From: a virus
Strand: one strand, 5' to 3'
Virus record (IMG/VR): IMGVR_UViG_3300046501_000460
Span: 23,575-87,574 of that record
Length of the DNA stretch: 64,000 nt
In this document: in pieces, positions 34,228-43,906 of the stretch
Numbering within the stretch: position 1 is the stretch's first letter
Layout of the letters: each line of letters starts with the position of its first letter
Translations under genes and position numbers: made by a program
Notes under the pieces: generated by a model
Database searches by the model: none
Told to the model about the DNA's origin: nothing
Seen by the model: only the letters and a program-made list of their open reading frames with translations

Positions 34228-37200
34228 TGAAAAGATACCGTCGCGGCGGCTTTGACATGTCGTCCTTCATGTGGACGATGATGTCGTGGGGGAAGGACAA
34301 AGAAAACGGCTACGAGGTCGAGCACGAAGGGAAAACGGTTTACATCAATTCGGGCCAGTACGGCTACGACAATACGCTCGGCCGCATGCTCGACTGCATG
34401 AAGGCTTACAGGCTGAACCCGATCGACGTGATCCTCGTGTTCGAAGGCCAGAACAGCAAGGGCAAGCGCCTGCTGATCGACAACCAGTACAAGGGCGGCG
34501 ACAAGAGTAGCCGCCCACCCGAGGCGTACGCGGAATTCGAGAAGTGCCGCGAGATGCTGAAGACGACGTTCCGCGAGCTCGGCGCCCAGCTGCTGTGGCA
34601 GGACTTCGCCGAGGGCGACGATACGCTCGGCTGGCTGGCGCACAATACCGAGGACGACCTGATCGTCTTCACGTTCGATAACGACCTGACGGTGTTGAAC
34701 CTGCACCCGAACACCCACGGCGCGCGTGTCTCGACGTGGATCAACGAGATGTTCGAGTTCAACAAGTACGGCGTGTTCGACTACCACCTCGTCACCACCT
34801 ATAAGGCGTTGGTCGGCGACAGCTCGGACAACATCAAGGGTTGCCCGGGTTTCGGCCCGAAGAAGTTCGAGGCGCTGTGCGAGCAGTACGGCTTCGACGG
34901 CCTGGCCGAGATCCACCAGATGCTGGTGAACAGCAACCTGTCGCCGCTGGCCGACTACATCTCAGGTCCGCAGGACAAGCTGCTGCAGATGATCCTGGAC
35001 AACGCATCGCAGGTGATCCGCTGCTTCGACCTTGCGCGTATCCGCCCCGAGTGGGTGAACACCATGCGCAACCCGCTGCACTGGGAAGCCGGCATGGTGC
35101 GCCAGCTGCAGCCAACCGACCGCGACCCGCGGCTGAAAGCCTGGTACGGCCGTACGCGGCTTATCACCGGCACCACGTTTGCCCAGGCCTGCGAGTGGGC
35201 CATGCCGCACATCGCCGCATCGCGCGAGGTGGCGCTGGACATCGAGACCTCGACGCCGGACGAGTCCGACGAGTGGCTGGCCGCGCTGGGCGACCCGGAC
35301 GGCGTCGACGTGTTCGGCTCCGAGCTGACTGGCCTTGCGCTCACGTTCGGTCCGAACAACCAGTACACGCTCTACTTCTCGGTCGACCACGCCGACACGG
35401 ACAACATCGCCAGCGAGGATCTGCGCCAGTTCATCGCGTCGATCCCGCAGTCGATCCCGCTCGTCATCCAGAACGTGTCGTTCGAGCTGGCTGTGCTCTT
35501 CAACGAGTGGGGCGCGCGCCAGATGGACAACGGCTACCACGGCTTCCTGCCGAACGTGCTGGACACGAAGATCGAGGCCAACTACGTCGACGAGAACATC
35601 CCGACCGGCCTGAAGCAGCGCTCGCACGGCACCCTGGGATACCGCCAGCAGACGTACGAAGAGACGTGCGTGATCACGGCGCACCCGTCCGAGCTGTTCA
35701 AGGGCGGCAAGTTCGTGCGCGAGGACTACGTCTATGAGACGGTCGGCACTGGCCGTTTCGAGCCGCTGACGGCCGAAGAGGACGCCGCCGGCATCGTGCC
35801 GACCGAACTCACGAAGGTGCAGCTGAAGCTGGTACCAACTGGTGAAGTCGACGAAGCCGGCGAGCCGGTGATGGAGCCAGTCGTGGCCACCCAGACGCGC
35901 CGCTACAAGATGCGCGAGCTGCCGGCGGCCTACGTCCTTGGGTATGGCGCTGATGACACGATCTGCACGATCGCGCTGCACAACTACTACAAGCTGTTCA
36001 TGCAGCTGGAGCACACGTGGGACGTGTACCGCGAGGTGGAGATCGACGCGGCCTACCAGCACGCGAAGAACTTCATCGACGGTACCGAGATTTCGGTCGC
36101 GCGCTGCAAGGCGCTCGAGCGCGAGGACGACATCACGTACGACAACGCCTGGGAGGTGGTGCGCCAGTACCTGATCGAGCAGGGCTGGGCCGGCACGGCG
36201 CCGCCGACCTACACGATCGACATCACGCCGGCGCAGATCAAGGAGGCGTACACGATCGTGACCGGCGAGGTGCTGGACACGATGATGCGCACGAACTCGA
36301 AGATCGTGAAGTTCATCGAGACCGAGACGGAGCATCTGCAGTTCGCGCGCATGCTGGATCGGCTGGTGCAGGCCGGCGCGGCCGTGCGCGGCGAGAAGCA
36401 CGATCTGCCGGATGGCACCGTGCCGGCCGAGATCGAGAAGGAATTCACCGCGTACGTCCGTGGCTATTTCGAGGGCGAGCCGCAGTTCAACAAGGGTTCG
36501 CCGCTGCAGATGCAACGTCTGATGTACGGGGTGATGGGCCTGCCGATCCGTGTCCGGAACATGCCGACCGACACGATGAAGAGGGCCGGCATCCGCGAAG
36601 GCACGCCGAAGACGGACGCACTGGCCGTGGCCTACGCCTTGCAGGACTGCATGCCCGAGCAGAAGCCCGTGCTGGAAGCCCTCAAGCTGATGGGCATGGT
36701 CACGACGCGCCGCTCGCTGTATTACTCGAAGTACCCGTACTACCCGCACTGGAAGGACGGCCGCGTGCGCTCGCAGCACAATCAGGCGGCAACCGTTACG
36801 CGCCGCGCCAGCGAATCCAAGCCCAACAAGCAGCAGCTGCCCAAGCACGCGAAGATCGAGGGGCAGGAGGCCAAGTTCCGCGAGGTGATCGTGCCGCACA
36901 AGCCGGGCGCCGTCATTGTCTCCATGGACTTCGACTCGCAGGAGATGGTGCTGATCGCATTCCAGTCGCAGGACCCGAACGCACTGTCGTGCTTCCAGGG
37001 CGAGAAGCGCAAGTCGCCGCACACCATCACGGCGCTGGGTATCGTCCGCGAGGAGAACAAGCTCGACTGGACGTACGAGGACTACGAGGCGGCGCTGGAA
37101 AAAGCGCTGGGCGACGAGATGGCGCACCTCGCCAAGGAGACCCGCAAGCTGGGCAAGAAGGTGAATTTCACGGCCGAATATGGCGCGATGGCCGAGAAGG

Positions 37201-37811
37201 TCGCCGCCACGCTCATGATCTCGGTTGAGCGTGCCCAGCTGTTCCTCGATGCGCGCGCGGCGATGTACCCGGTCGCCGAGCAATGGAAGGCCGCCATCCG
37301 CGAGGAGGTGAAGCAGAACGGTGTCGTCCGGACCATGGGCGGCGCTGTGCGCCATCTGGGCGACATCCTGCAGAACGGCACCAGCTTCGAGAAGAGCAAG
37401 GCCGAGCGCCAGGCTGTCAACTTCAAGGTGCAGGGCCCGGCCGGCGAGCAGACGAAGCTTGCAGAAGGTCGCATGTGGCGCGACAACCTGTCGTACGACT
37501 TCGACGCGATCTGTTACGGGCCGATTCACGATGAAGTGGTCTGGTCGGTGATGCTGGAAGACCTGTACGAGTTTCTGCCGCGCTGCCATGCGGCGATGAC
37601 GGCGCCGTACGCCAACATGGACCTCGAGGTGGTGTCCACCATCTCGTTCGGCCCGAACTTCTACCGCCAGACCGAGATCGGCCCGTACCCGACCCGTGAG
37701 GCGATCGAGGCCGGCATGCTGGAGATGCATCTGCAGATGGTCGCCCGCGGCGAGACCACGTGGGAGCAGTCGTGGATTTCGAATGATGAACAATGGAAGG
37801 AGGCAGCATGA
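34227..37811 (+). CDS. polA: Family A DNA polymerase with 5'-3' and 3'-5' exonuclease domains
   Basis: EGDD, D.D, GDSSDNIKGC.G.GPK; DIET, YGADD; motif A DFDSQE, B RKLGKKVNF..YG, C HDE. Confidence 0.93.
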   Translation: MKRYRRGGFDMSSFMWTMMSWGKDKENGYEVEHEGKTVYINSGQYGYDNTLGRMLDCMKAYRLNPIDVILVFEGQNSKGKRLLIDNQYKGGDKSSRPPEAYAEFEKCREMLKTTFRELGAQLLWQDFAEGDDTLGWLAHNTEDDLIVFTFDNDLTVLNLHPNTHGARVSTWINEMFEFNKYGVFDYHLVTTYKALVGDSSDNIKGCPGFGPKKFEALCEQYGFDGLAEIHQMLVNSNLSPLADYISGPQDKLLQMILDNASQVIRCFDLARIRPEWVNTMRNPLHWEAGMVRQLQPTDRDPRLKAWYGRTRLITGTTFAQACEWAMPHIAASREVALDIETSTPDESDEWLAALGDPDGVDVFGSELTGLALTFGPNNQYTLYFSVDHADTDNIASEDLRQFIASIPQSIPLVIQNVSFELAVLFNEWGARQMDNGYHGFLPNVLDTKIEANYVDENIPTGLKQRSHGTLGYRQQTYEETCVITAHPSELFKGGKFVREDYVYETVGTGRFEPLTAEEDAAGIVPTELTKVQLKLVPTGEVDEAGEPVMEPVVATQTRRYKMRELPAAYVLGYGADDTICTIALHNYYKLFMQLEHTWDVYREVEIDAAYQHAKNFIDGTEISVARCKALEREDDITYDNAWEVVRQYLIEQGWAGTAPPTYTIDITPAQIKEAYTIVTGEVLDTMMRTNSKIVKFIETETEHLQFARMLDRLVQAGAAVRGEKHDLPDGTVPAEIEKEFTAYVRGYFEGEPQFNKGSPLQMQRLMYGVMGLPIRVRNMPTDTMKRAGIREGTPKTDALAVAYALQDCMPEQKPVLEALKLMGMVTTRRSLYYSKYPYYPHWKDGRVRSQHNQAATVTRRASESKPNKQQLPKHAKIEGQEAKFREVIVPHKPGAVIVSMDFDSQEMVLIAFQSQDPNALSCFQGEKRKSPHTITALGIVREENKLDWTYEDYEAALEKALGDEMAHLAKETRKLGKKVNFTAEYGAMAEKVAATLMISVERAQLFLDARAAMYPVAEQWKAAIREEVKQNGVVRTMGGAVRHLGDILQNGTSFEKSKAERQAVNFKVQGPAGEQTKLAEGRMWRDNLSYDFDAICYGPIHDEVVWSVMLEDLYEFLPRCHAAMTAPYANMDLEVVSTISFGPNFYRQTEIGPYPTREAIEAGMLEMHLQMVARGETTWEQSWISNDEQWKEAA

Positions 37812-38092
37812 AGGCAGCAGTAACGAAGGACGAAGTGTTCACCCTGACCGTCGGCGACGTGAAGTTTGCAGACATGCGCGCCGTGTCGCGATGGGAAGGC
37901 CTGACGAAGCTGCAGAACGGCCGCGGCGAGGCGCTGGTCGTGTCAGGTCTCGGCGACGGCCGCAGCTTCGGCGCCGCGTTCGACACGATCTTCGGCGGCA
38001 TCTTCCGCACCGGAGACCAGACTGACGAGGCTGGCGTGCTGATCGTGATGGGCTCGCCGTGCCTGCTCGCGCAGATGAGGGAGAAAATATGA
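37808..38092 (+). CDS. Hypothetical protein
   Basis: ATGA coupling. Confidence 0.7.
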   Translation: MKAAVTKDEVFTLTVGDVKFADMRAVSRWEGLTKLQNGRGEALVVSGLGDGRSFGAAFDTIFGGIFRTGDQTDEAGVLIVMGSPCLLAQMREKI

Positions 38093-38439
38093 GGGACCTT
38101 GTCGCACTGGCGGTCGCCCGAACCTTGGGCGTCTCGTCGAAGATGATCTTCGGCTGGGAGCTGAACGCGCTGCAGCGCGGCATTCGCGGTGCACCGGGCA
38201 TGCTGGAGACGCAGTTACAGGTTCACCTGTTCAGCGACCTAGAGATGCTGCGCCGGCTCCAGAACGGCGAGCGGCGCGGCAGCTGGGCGCTACACGGCGT
38301 TAGCGCGGAGGCGGGCGGTCCGCTGGATGTTCCAGCGCGACTCGATGTCGTGCTCCTGTACGGTAAGGAGACGCAGCACATCTTCAAGGCGCTGGCGCAG
38401 CAGATGGTTTACCGCAAACCGGCGAAGCGCCGGAAATAA
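38089..38439 (+). CDS. Hypothetical protein
   Basis: GGAG RBS, ATGA overlap. Confidence 0.65.
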   Translation: MRDLVALAVARTLGVSSKMIFGWELNALQRGIRGAPGMLETQLQVHLFSDLEMLRRLQNGERRGSWALHGVSAEAGGPLDVPARLDVVLLYGKETQHIFKALAQQMVYRKPAKRRK

Positions 38440-38487
38440 CAACCCCGCCCGGCCGCCGCGCCGGGCACAACCCTGAAAGGAAATGCC

Positions 38488-38775
38488 GTGGGAATTTCTT
38501 ACGAGGCCAAACTGATCGTCGGCCTGCCGCAGGACGAGATTGAGTGTGACGACGAAGACCGGCGCGAGGACCTGCTGGAGGAGCTGGACCGCGCGTCCAG
38601 CCATTACGATTGCGACAGCGACGCCCGGATTTCTGGCATCGAGATTGAGCATTCCGGCGATTACAGCTTCAAGGAGATCACGCTCGACTGGGCAAAAATT
38701 GAAGCGGCCAAGGCTCGATTCCGCGAGCTGACTGGTCAGGAAGGCAGGCTGTACCTCTCACTGCACAGCAGCTGA
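38488..38775 (+). CDS. Hypothetical protein
   Basis: AAAGGA RBS, GTG start. Confidence 0.75.
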   Translation: MGISYEAKLIVGLPQDEIECDDEDRREDLLEELDRASSHYDCDSDARISGIEIEHSGDYSFKEITLDWAKIEAAKARFRELTGQEGRLYLSLHSS

Positions 38776-38801
38776 TTACAAAACCACCCTGAAAGGCAAG
38801 C

Positions 38802-39014
38802 ATGAAACGAGAAATCACCATCACCATCGACGGCCCGGCAGGCGCCGGCAAGACCACGCTGGCGCGCTACCTAGCCACCGACTTGAAGATCCGCCACGGC
38901 GTGCAGGTCAAACTGATCGACGACGGCAACCGCCCTGTGTCGGTCCCGGACGTGCACGAAACGCTGGAAAACTACTTCGACGCCAACGTCACCATCATCG
39001 TGGAGCAAAAATAA
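38802..39014 (+). CDS. Very small P-loop protein
   Basis: IDGPAGAGKTT Walker A in 70 aa. Confidence 0.7.
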   Translation: MKREITITIDGPAGAGKTTLARYLATDLKIRHGVQVKLIDDGNRPVSVPDVHETLENYFDANVTIIVEQK

Positions 39015-39556
39015 TGCCGGAGGCGACACCGAAACGCTTGACCTTAGAGCAGCTGAAATCGTGGCTTGATTACTGCCCCGACACCGGCGTGTTCACGTGG
39101 CGGTGTCGCCGCGGCCGGCAGGCGGCTGGCAGTATTGCTGGCCGGCCGCACAAGTCGGAAGGCGGCAAGCTGTATTGGGCTGTCCGCGTCGGGGGCGAGC
39201 AGATCCTTGCGCATCGATTGGCATGGTTCTATGTGGCGGGGCGCTGGCCTTCAGCTGAAATCGATCACGAGGACGGCAACGGCCAGAACAACAGCTTTGT
39301 CAATCTGAAGGAAGCGACACGCCTCAGTAACAGCAAGAATCTGTCACTTCACCGGAAGTCTCGGACCGGAGTGACAGGCGTCCGGCCCCGACCAGGAGGT
39401 CGTTTTGAAGCCGCGATCTTCTGTAACGGGCAGCATCATCACCTGGGCATGCATGACACATTCGACGCGGCAGTTGCCGCGCGTCGAAAGGCTGAGCAGG
39501 ACCTTAATTTTCATCCACACCACGGGAACCTCCCGCAATCTGAAAGAAGAAGATGA
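39014..39556 (+). CDS. HNH homing endonuclease with AP2-like C-terminus
   Basis: Y.PDTGVFTW, AHRLAW, IDHEDG...NN...NL, LG..F..AVAAR..AE. Confidence 0.92.
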   Translation: MPEATPKRLTLEQLKSWLDYCPDTGVFTWRCRRGRQAAGSIAGRPHKSEGGKLYWAVRVGGEQILAHRLAWFYVAGRWPSAEIDHEDGNGQNNSFVNLKEATRLSNSKNLSLHRKSRTGVTGVRPRPGGRFEAAIFCNGQHHHLGMHDTFDAAVAARRKAEQDLNFHPHHGNLPQSERRR

Positions 39557-40422
39557 CCTTCAAACCTCTCCTGGCCGTCGAGGCCGACTTCGACATCCTG
39601 ACCTACCCTAAGCTGGCCAGCATTAAGCTGGACGGCATCCGCTGCGTCATCGTCGACGGTCAGGCCGTGACGCGCAGCCTGAAGCCGATCCCGAACGCGC
39701 ACATCCGCGGCATCCTGTCGCGTGCCGAGCTGGACGGCCTGGACGGCGAGATTCTGTGCGCTGAGCCGACCGACCCGGACTGCTACCGGAAGACCAACAG
39801 CGCCGTCATGGGGCGCGACGGCGAGCCGGAATTCACCTTCTACGTGTTCGACAAACACGACGAGGCGGCTGACTTCCGCGAGCGTCTCGGCCGTGCCCAC
39901 GACCTAGTGCAACGTCTCGGCGGCTGCCTCCTGCTGCTGGAACACACTGTCGTCACCTGCAAGGAGGAACTTGACGAGTTCGAGCAGCAGGCTGTTGATG
40001 CTGGCCACGAAGGCATCATGCTGCGCTGCCCGCAGGGCCGATATAAGCAGGGCCGCTCGACAGCGAAAGAGCAGATCCTGCTTAAGGTGAAGCGTTTCGT
40101 TGATGGCGAGGCCGAGGTGATCGGCGTGCAGGAGGAGATGGCCAACATGAACGAAGCGACGAAGAACGCCTTGGGCCAGACCGAGCGCTCGTCACATGCT
40201 GCCGGCAAGGTGGGCAAGGGTACGATGGGCGCGCTGCTGGTGCGTGACCTGATGACCGGCGTCGAATTTTCGATCGGTAGCGGCTTCACCCGGGCCGATC
40301 GCGAGGCGGGTTGGCCGGTCGGCACGCTCGTGAAGTACAAGTCGTTCCCGGTCGGCGTGAAGGACAAGCCGCGCTTTCCGATTTTTCTCGGTCTCCGCTC
40401 GCGCGAAGACATGGCAGCCTAA
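39553..40422 (+). CDS. ATP-dependent DNA ligase
   Basis: KLDGIR, DGEI, FYVFD, EGIM, LLKVK, KPRFP. Confidence 0.93.
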   Translation: MTFKPLLAVEADFDILTYPKLASIKLDGIRCVIVDGQAVTRSLKPIPNAHIRGILSRAELDGLDGEILCAEPTDPDCYRKTNSAVMGRDGEPEFTFYVFDKHDEAADFRERLGRAHDLVQRLGGCLLLLEHTVVTCKEELDEFEQQAVDAGHEGIMLRCPQGRYKQGRSTAKEQILLKVKRFVDGEAEVIGVQEEMANMNEATKNALGQTERSSHAAGKVGKGTMGALLVRDLMTGVEFSIGSGFTRADREAGWPVGTLVKYKSFPVGVKDKPRFPIFLGLRSREDMAA

Positions 40423-40444
40423 CCATTACCGAAAGACGAATAAC

Positions 40445-41344
40445 ATGGAAGACAACTACCTGAACCTCCTGCGCGAGATCCTCGCCAAGGGCATCCGCCA
40501 GTCCAACCGCACCGGCATCGACACCCTGACGCTGCCCGGCGCCATGCTGCGCTTCGACCTGCGCGAAGGCTTCCCGGCCCTCACCACGAAGAAGCTGTTC
40601 TTCGATAGCGTCAAGGGCGAGCTGATCGGCTTCCTGCGCGGCGCCACGTCGGCGGCCGACTTTCGCGCGCTGGGCTGCCGGATCTGGGACCAGAACGCGA
40701 ACGAGAACAAGGCGTGGCTGGCGTCGCCGTATCGCCAGGGCGAGGATGACCTGGGGCGCCTCGGCTACAGCTTCGGCTGGCGCCACTACGGTGCGACTGA
40801 CGCATGGCGCAACGAGCAGGGCCCTGTCGACTACGCCGGTGTCGACCAGATCGCCGCCGCTCTCGACACGTTGCGCCGCGATCCGCACAGCCGCCGCATC
40901 CTCGTCAACGCCTGGAATCCGGCCGACGTCAACGCTGGCATGGCCGCGCTGCCGCCGTGCCACGTGCTGTTCCAGCTGCTGCCGCACGTCGACGACAAGG
41001 TGCTGCACATGACGATGTACCAGCGCAGCGCTGACATGTTCCTCGGCGTGCCCTTCAACATCGCGTCCTACGCCTTGCTGCTGGAGCTGTTCGCGGCGTG
41101 GAGCGGCTACCGCGCTGGCACGCTCACGATGTTCTTCGCTGATGCCCACATCTACGAGAACCACATCGATCAGGTGCACGAGCAGCTGGCGCGCGAGCCG
41201 TATCCGCTGCCTCGGCTGGGGCTGAGCATCCCGGGCGCCACGACGCGCTCGCTGGATGATCTGCTCGGGCTGCTGGAGCCGGAAGACATCTGGCTGAACG
41301 ACTATCAATCCCACCCGGCGATCAAAGCGCCGATGGCCGTATGA
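40445..41344 (+). CDS. thyA: Thymidylate synthase
   Basis: RTG, FP.LTTKK, SRR....WNP, LPPCH, YQRSADMFLGVPFN, HIYENH. Confidence 0.97.
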   Translation: MEDNYLNLLREILAKGIRQSNRTGIDTLTLPGAMLRFDLREGFPALTTKKLFFDSVKGELIGFLRGATSAADFRALGCRIWDQNANENKAWLASPYRQGEDDLGRLGYSFGWRHYGATDAWRNEQGPVDYAGVDQIAAALDTLRRDPHSRRILVNAWNPADVNAGMAALPPCHVLFQLLPHVDDKVLHMTMYQRSADMFLGVPFNIASYALLLELFAAWSGYRAGTLTMFFADAHIYENHIDQVHEQLAREPYPLPRLGLSIPGATTRSLDDLLGLLEPEDIWLNDYQSHPAIKAPMAV

Positions 41345-41502
41345 GCGCCCGGACCTATCTCGACGACGTCGAGGAGCAGCTGGTGCAGACGCAGCGCAAA
41401 CTGCGGGACCTGAAGGCCAAGGTGCAGGACCCTTGGCTGGTGCGGGAACTCGAACTGCTTGAGGACCGCGTATTCAACGCCTTGAGCAAACTGGGAGACT
41501 GA
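41341..41502 (+). CDS. Small helical protein (53 aa)
   Basis: ATGA overlap with thyA. Confidence 0.6.
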   Translation: MSARTYLDDVEEQLVQTQRKLRDLKAKVQDPWLVRELELLEDRVFNALSKLGD

Positions 41503-41503
41503 C

Positions 41504-41956
41504 ATGGCAACAGTAGGACAACGCGGCAAGTGGGCTGAGAAGCAGGTAGCTGACTGGATGCGAAAACGTAGTGATGAGGAGGCTACCTATGCGTGGCTTC
41601 GGTACCCTGATGCACGGGCTGGATCCTTGCAGCCGGCACCGTCGGATTTTGAGGCGTCGCACCGCGGCGCGCACTTCAAGATCGAGGTCAAGGAGGTGAA
41701 GATCACGACCGTCTCCAGCCGGCGGCTGCCGGCGGCGAACTTCTCGGCCGACAAGGTAGCGCGCATGCGCAAGTGGCATCTGGCTGGTGATGAGTGCTGG
41801 GTGGTGGTCTGCCACCTGACCGAGGGGCGCGGAGGCGTGCGCGAGTGGCGCCTCATACCGGCCGCGCACTTCTACGAGCGGCAACCCTCTTGGGACCTGC
41901 TGCCTTATCAGGCCTATCGCAAGGTCGACGATGTGATGATCCAGCTGTTTCCCTGA
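41504..41956 (+). CDS. PD-(D/E)xK nuclease, putative Holliday junction resolvase
   Basis: RGK.AE, PSDF, IEVK. Confidence 0.75.
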   Translation: MATVGQRGKWAEKQVADWMRKRSDEEATYAWLRYPDARAGSLQPAPSDFEASHRGAHFKIEVKEVKITTVSSRRLPAANFSADKVARMRKWHLAGDECWVVVCHLTEGRGGVREWRLIPAAHFYERQPSWDLLPYQAYRKVDDVMIQLFP

Positions 41957-41973
41957 TTGTTGCTGAAAGGCTA

Positions 41974-42011
41974 CAAAAGCCCTGCAGACTGGAAAGTTTG
42001 CAGGGCTTTTG
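41974..42011 (+). terminator. 17-bp hairpin with GGAA loop (terminator/attenuator)
   Basis: CAAAAGCCCTGCAGACT-GGAA-AGTTTGCAGGGCTTTTG, one G-U pair. Confidence 0.75.
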
Positions 42012-42040
42012 CTATTCTTCAGTTTCCATGAAGGGAATCG

Positions 42041-42703
42041 ATGATGGAGAGAAACTTTACATATCTGGTCGGTCAGGTGTTCGGGCGCCTTACGGTGCAG
42101 TCTGTGGGTCGGCGCGGTAATCGGCACATTGCGAATTGCCTCTGCTCCTGTGGCCGCGAGAAGCCGGTGCTGGTGTACGGTCTGCTGCGAGGAACAAAGT
42201 CCTGCGGATGCCTGACAGCGGAAGCTGTCCGTGCACGCAGAACGATCCACGGAGCCACAGCGTCTGGCAGCTCTGAGGCCGAGCGACGCACCCACTATGT
42301 CTGGATGGGCATGTGGGAACGCTGCACCAACCCGAACAATAAGCGGCACCACGTCTACGGCGCCAGAGGGATTACGGTCGATCCGGCCTGGCAAACGTAT
42401 CAACAGTTCGTCGCGGATATGGGGCTATGCCCGAAAGGCTACAGCATTGAGCGCGAGCGCAACGACGAAGGTTACAGCAAAGACAACTGCTATTGGCTGC
42501 CGAGAGCCAGGCAGTCGCTGAACCGGCAGGACTCTATTCGGATCAGGTATCTAGGCCAGGAGTGGTGTCTGAAGATGCTGTGTGCGCACCTGGAGAGGCC
42601 TTACTTAAAAACCTATAAACGTTACGTGATGCGCGGCTGGGATTTGGCGCGCGCACTGGACCTCACGAAAGAAAACACCCATGACCTTGTACGTATTGAA
42701 TGA
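42041..42703 (+). CDS. HNH-type homing endonuclease (same family as 12055-12744)
   Basis: GQVFGRLTV, CLCSCG, KSCGC, YGARGITV, SIER..ND.GY..DNC.W. Confidence 0.88.
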   Translation: MMERNFTYLVGQVFGRLTVQSVGRRGNRHIANCLCSCGREKPVLVYGLLRGTKSCGCLTAEAVRARRTIHGATASGSSEAERRTHYVWMGMWERCTNPNNKRHHVYGARGITVDPAWQTYQQFVADMGLCPKGYSIERERNDEGYSKDNCYWLPRARQSLNRQDSIRIRYLGQEWCLKMLCAHLERPYLKTYKRYVMRGWDLARALDLTKENTHDLVRIE

Positions 42704-43712
42704 CCTACACCTCGGCGCTCAGCGAAGCGCTGGGACCACACCGGCTACAGCGTACCAGCTGCGGCAATATCTGCTCGATGGTACGCGCGAAATGCTCGAG
42801 CAGATCAACGGCGATCTGCTGATCAACGGCGATCTGTTCGACGGCCCGGACATCCCGCGCAGTGACCTGCTGGAAGCCGTACGCATGTTCAGCGCGTGGA
42901 TTGAGCGCGATGTCGGCGACCTGTTTCTCGCGAACGGAAATCACGACGTCGATCGCAACAGCACGCGCCTGTCGTCCTTCCAGTTCTTCGCGCAGTTGCT
43001 GTGCGGCCTGTATCCGGAGCGTGTTGCGCACATCACGGAAGGCACATATCTCGATCAGCATGACGCTTACGTGCTGCCGCATGTGCCGAATCAGGATCTG
43101 GCGAACCTGGAGCTGGCCAAGGTGCCGCCGTGCCGAGCACTGTTCGTGCACATGAATTACGACAACCAGTTTGCGGTCGAGATGGACCACAGCCTGAACC
43201 TGTCGAAGGAAGTGGCCGAGCAGCTGCCAGTCGAGTACATCATCTTCGGGCATGAGCACCAAGCCCGCACAGAGCTGGGCGGCAAGGTCGTGATTGTCGG
43301 AAACCAGATCAGCTCTAGCATCAGCGACTGCCTTGGGCCGGCCCAGAAATACCGCCTCGAGTTGGCGCCCAGCGGCCTGAAGTTCCACCAGACTTGGGAC
43401 GCCGAGGGCACGTTTTCTCAGCAGGACTGGCGCGACCTCGAGGACGAGGGTCAGTTTGTTAGGGTCACCGGCACGGCCACGGCCGAGGAAGCCGACAAGG
43501 TCGTGTCGGCGCTGGGTCGCTTCCGGCGCGAGGCCGCCGCGCTGGTCATCACCAACGCGGTGAAGATCGAGGGCGTCGTCGACGGCGAGGCGCTGCAGAT
43601 GTCGCACGAGGACGTCACGTCGTTCAACGTGATGGAAGCACTGCGCGAATACCTTGGGCCCGTGGACGCGGCCGAGGTCGACCAGATCATGAAAGAGGAG
43701 GATGCGCAATGA
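42681..43712 (+). CDS. SbcD/Mre11-like nuclease
   Basis: DLH, GDLFD, GNHD, GHEH; adjacent to SbcC-like gene. Confidence 0.9.
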   Translation: MTLYVLNDLHLGAQRSAGTTPATAYQLRQYLLDGTREMLEQINGDLLINGDLFDGPDIPRSDLLEAVRMFSAWIERDVGDLFLANGNHDVDRNSTRLSSFQFFAQLLCGLYPERVAHITEGTYLDQHDAYVLPHVPNQDLANLELAKVPPCRALFVHMNYDNQFAVEMDHSLNLSKEVAEQLPVEYIIFGHEHQARTELGGKVVIVGNQISSSISDCLGPAQKYRLELAPSGLKFHQTWDAEGTFSQQDWRDLEDEGQFVRVTGTATAEEADKVVSALGRFRREAAALVITNAVKIEGVVDGEALQMSHEDVTSFNVMEALREYLGPVDAAEVDQIMKEEDAQ

Positions 43713-43906
43713 CGCAGCTGCTTTATCGCTGCCGCGCCTGCGGCGAGCAGTTCACCCGCGGGGCTGCTGCAGAATTTGGGTACTCACTGCGCAGGCACGC
43801 CGCAGGTAACGCCCTGTACGCAGTCCACGTCTGCTGCGAGAACCTGCAGCACGGACTTGCCGATCTGATCGGCGAACGCAAACCCCTGGAGCAGAACAAT
43901 GCTTAA
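43709..43906 (+). CDS. Small Zn-ribbon protein
   Basis: YRCRACG...HVC. Confidence 0.7.
   Translation: MTQLLYRCRACGEQFTRGAAAEFGYSLRRHAAGNALYAVHVCCENLQHGLADLIGERKPLEQNNA

Noticed and set aside
35660-35915. Possible mini-intein in polA (begins near a Cys)
   Set aside because: Too short and lacks the HN-C/S/T terminus and block B
34962-37793. 943-aa ORF antisense to polA
   Set aside because: Same artefact; unlike the MTase overlaps it has no motif or RBS support
31749-37811. Z-genome or 7-deazaguanine system
   Set aside because: No PurZ, DpdA, FolE or Que genes in the window; MazG and DUF5664 alone are insufficient
42803-42836. 18-nt-period tandem duplication (INGDLL INGDLF) in the SbcD-like gene
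   Set aside because: In frame and preserves the GDLFD motif; no sign of function
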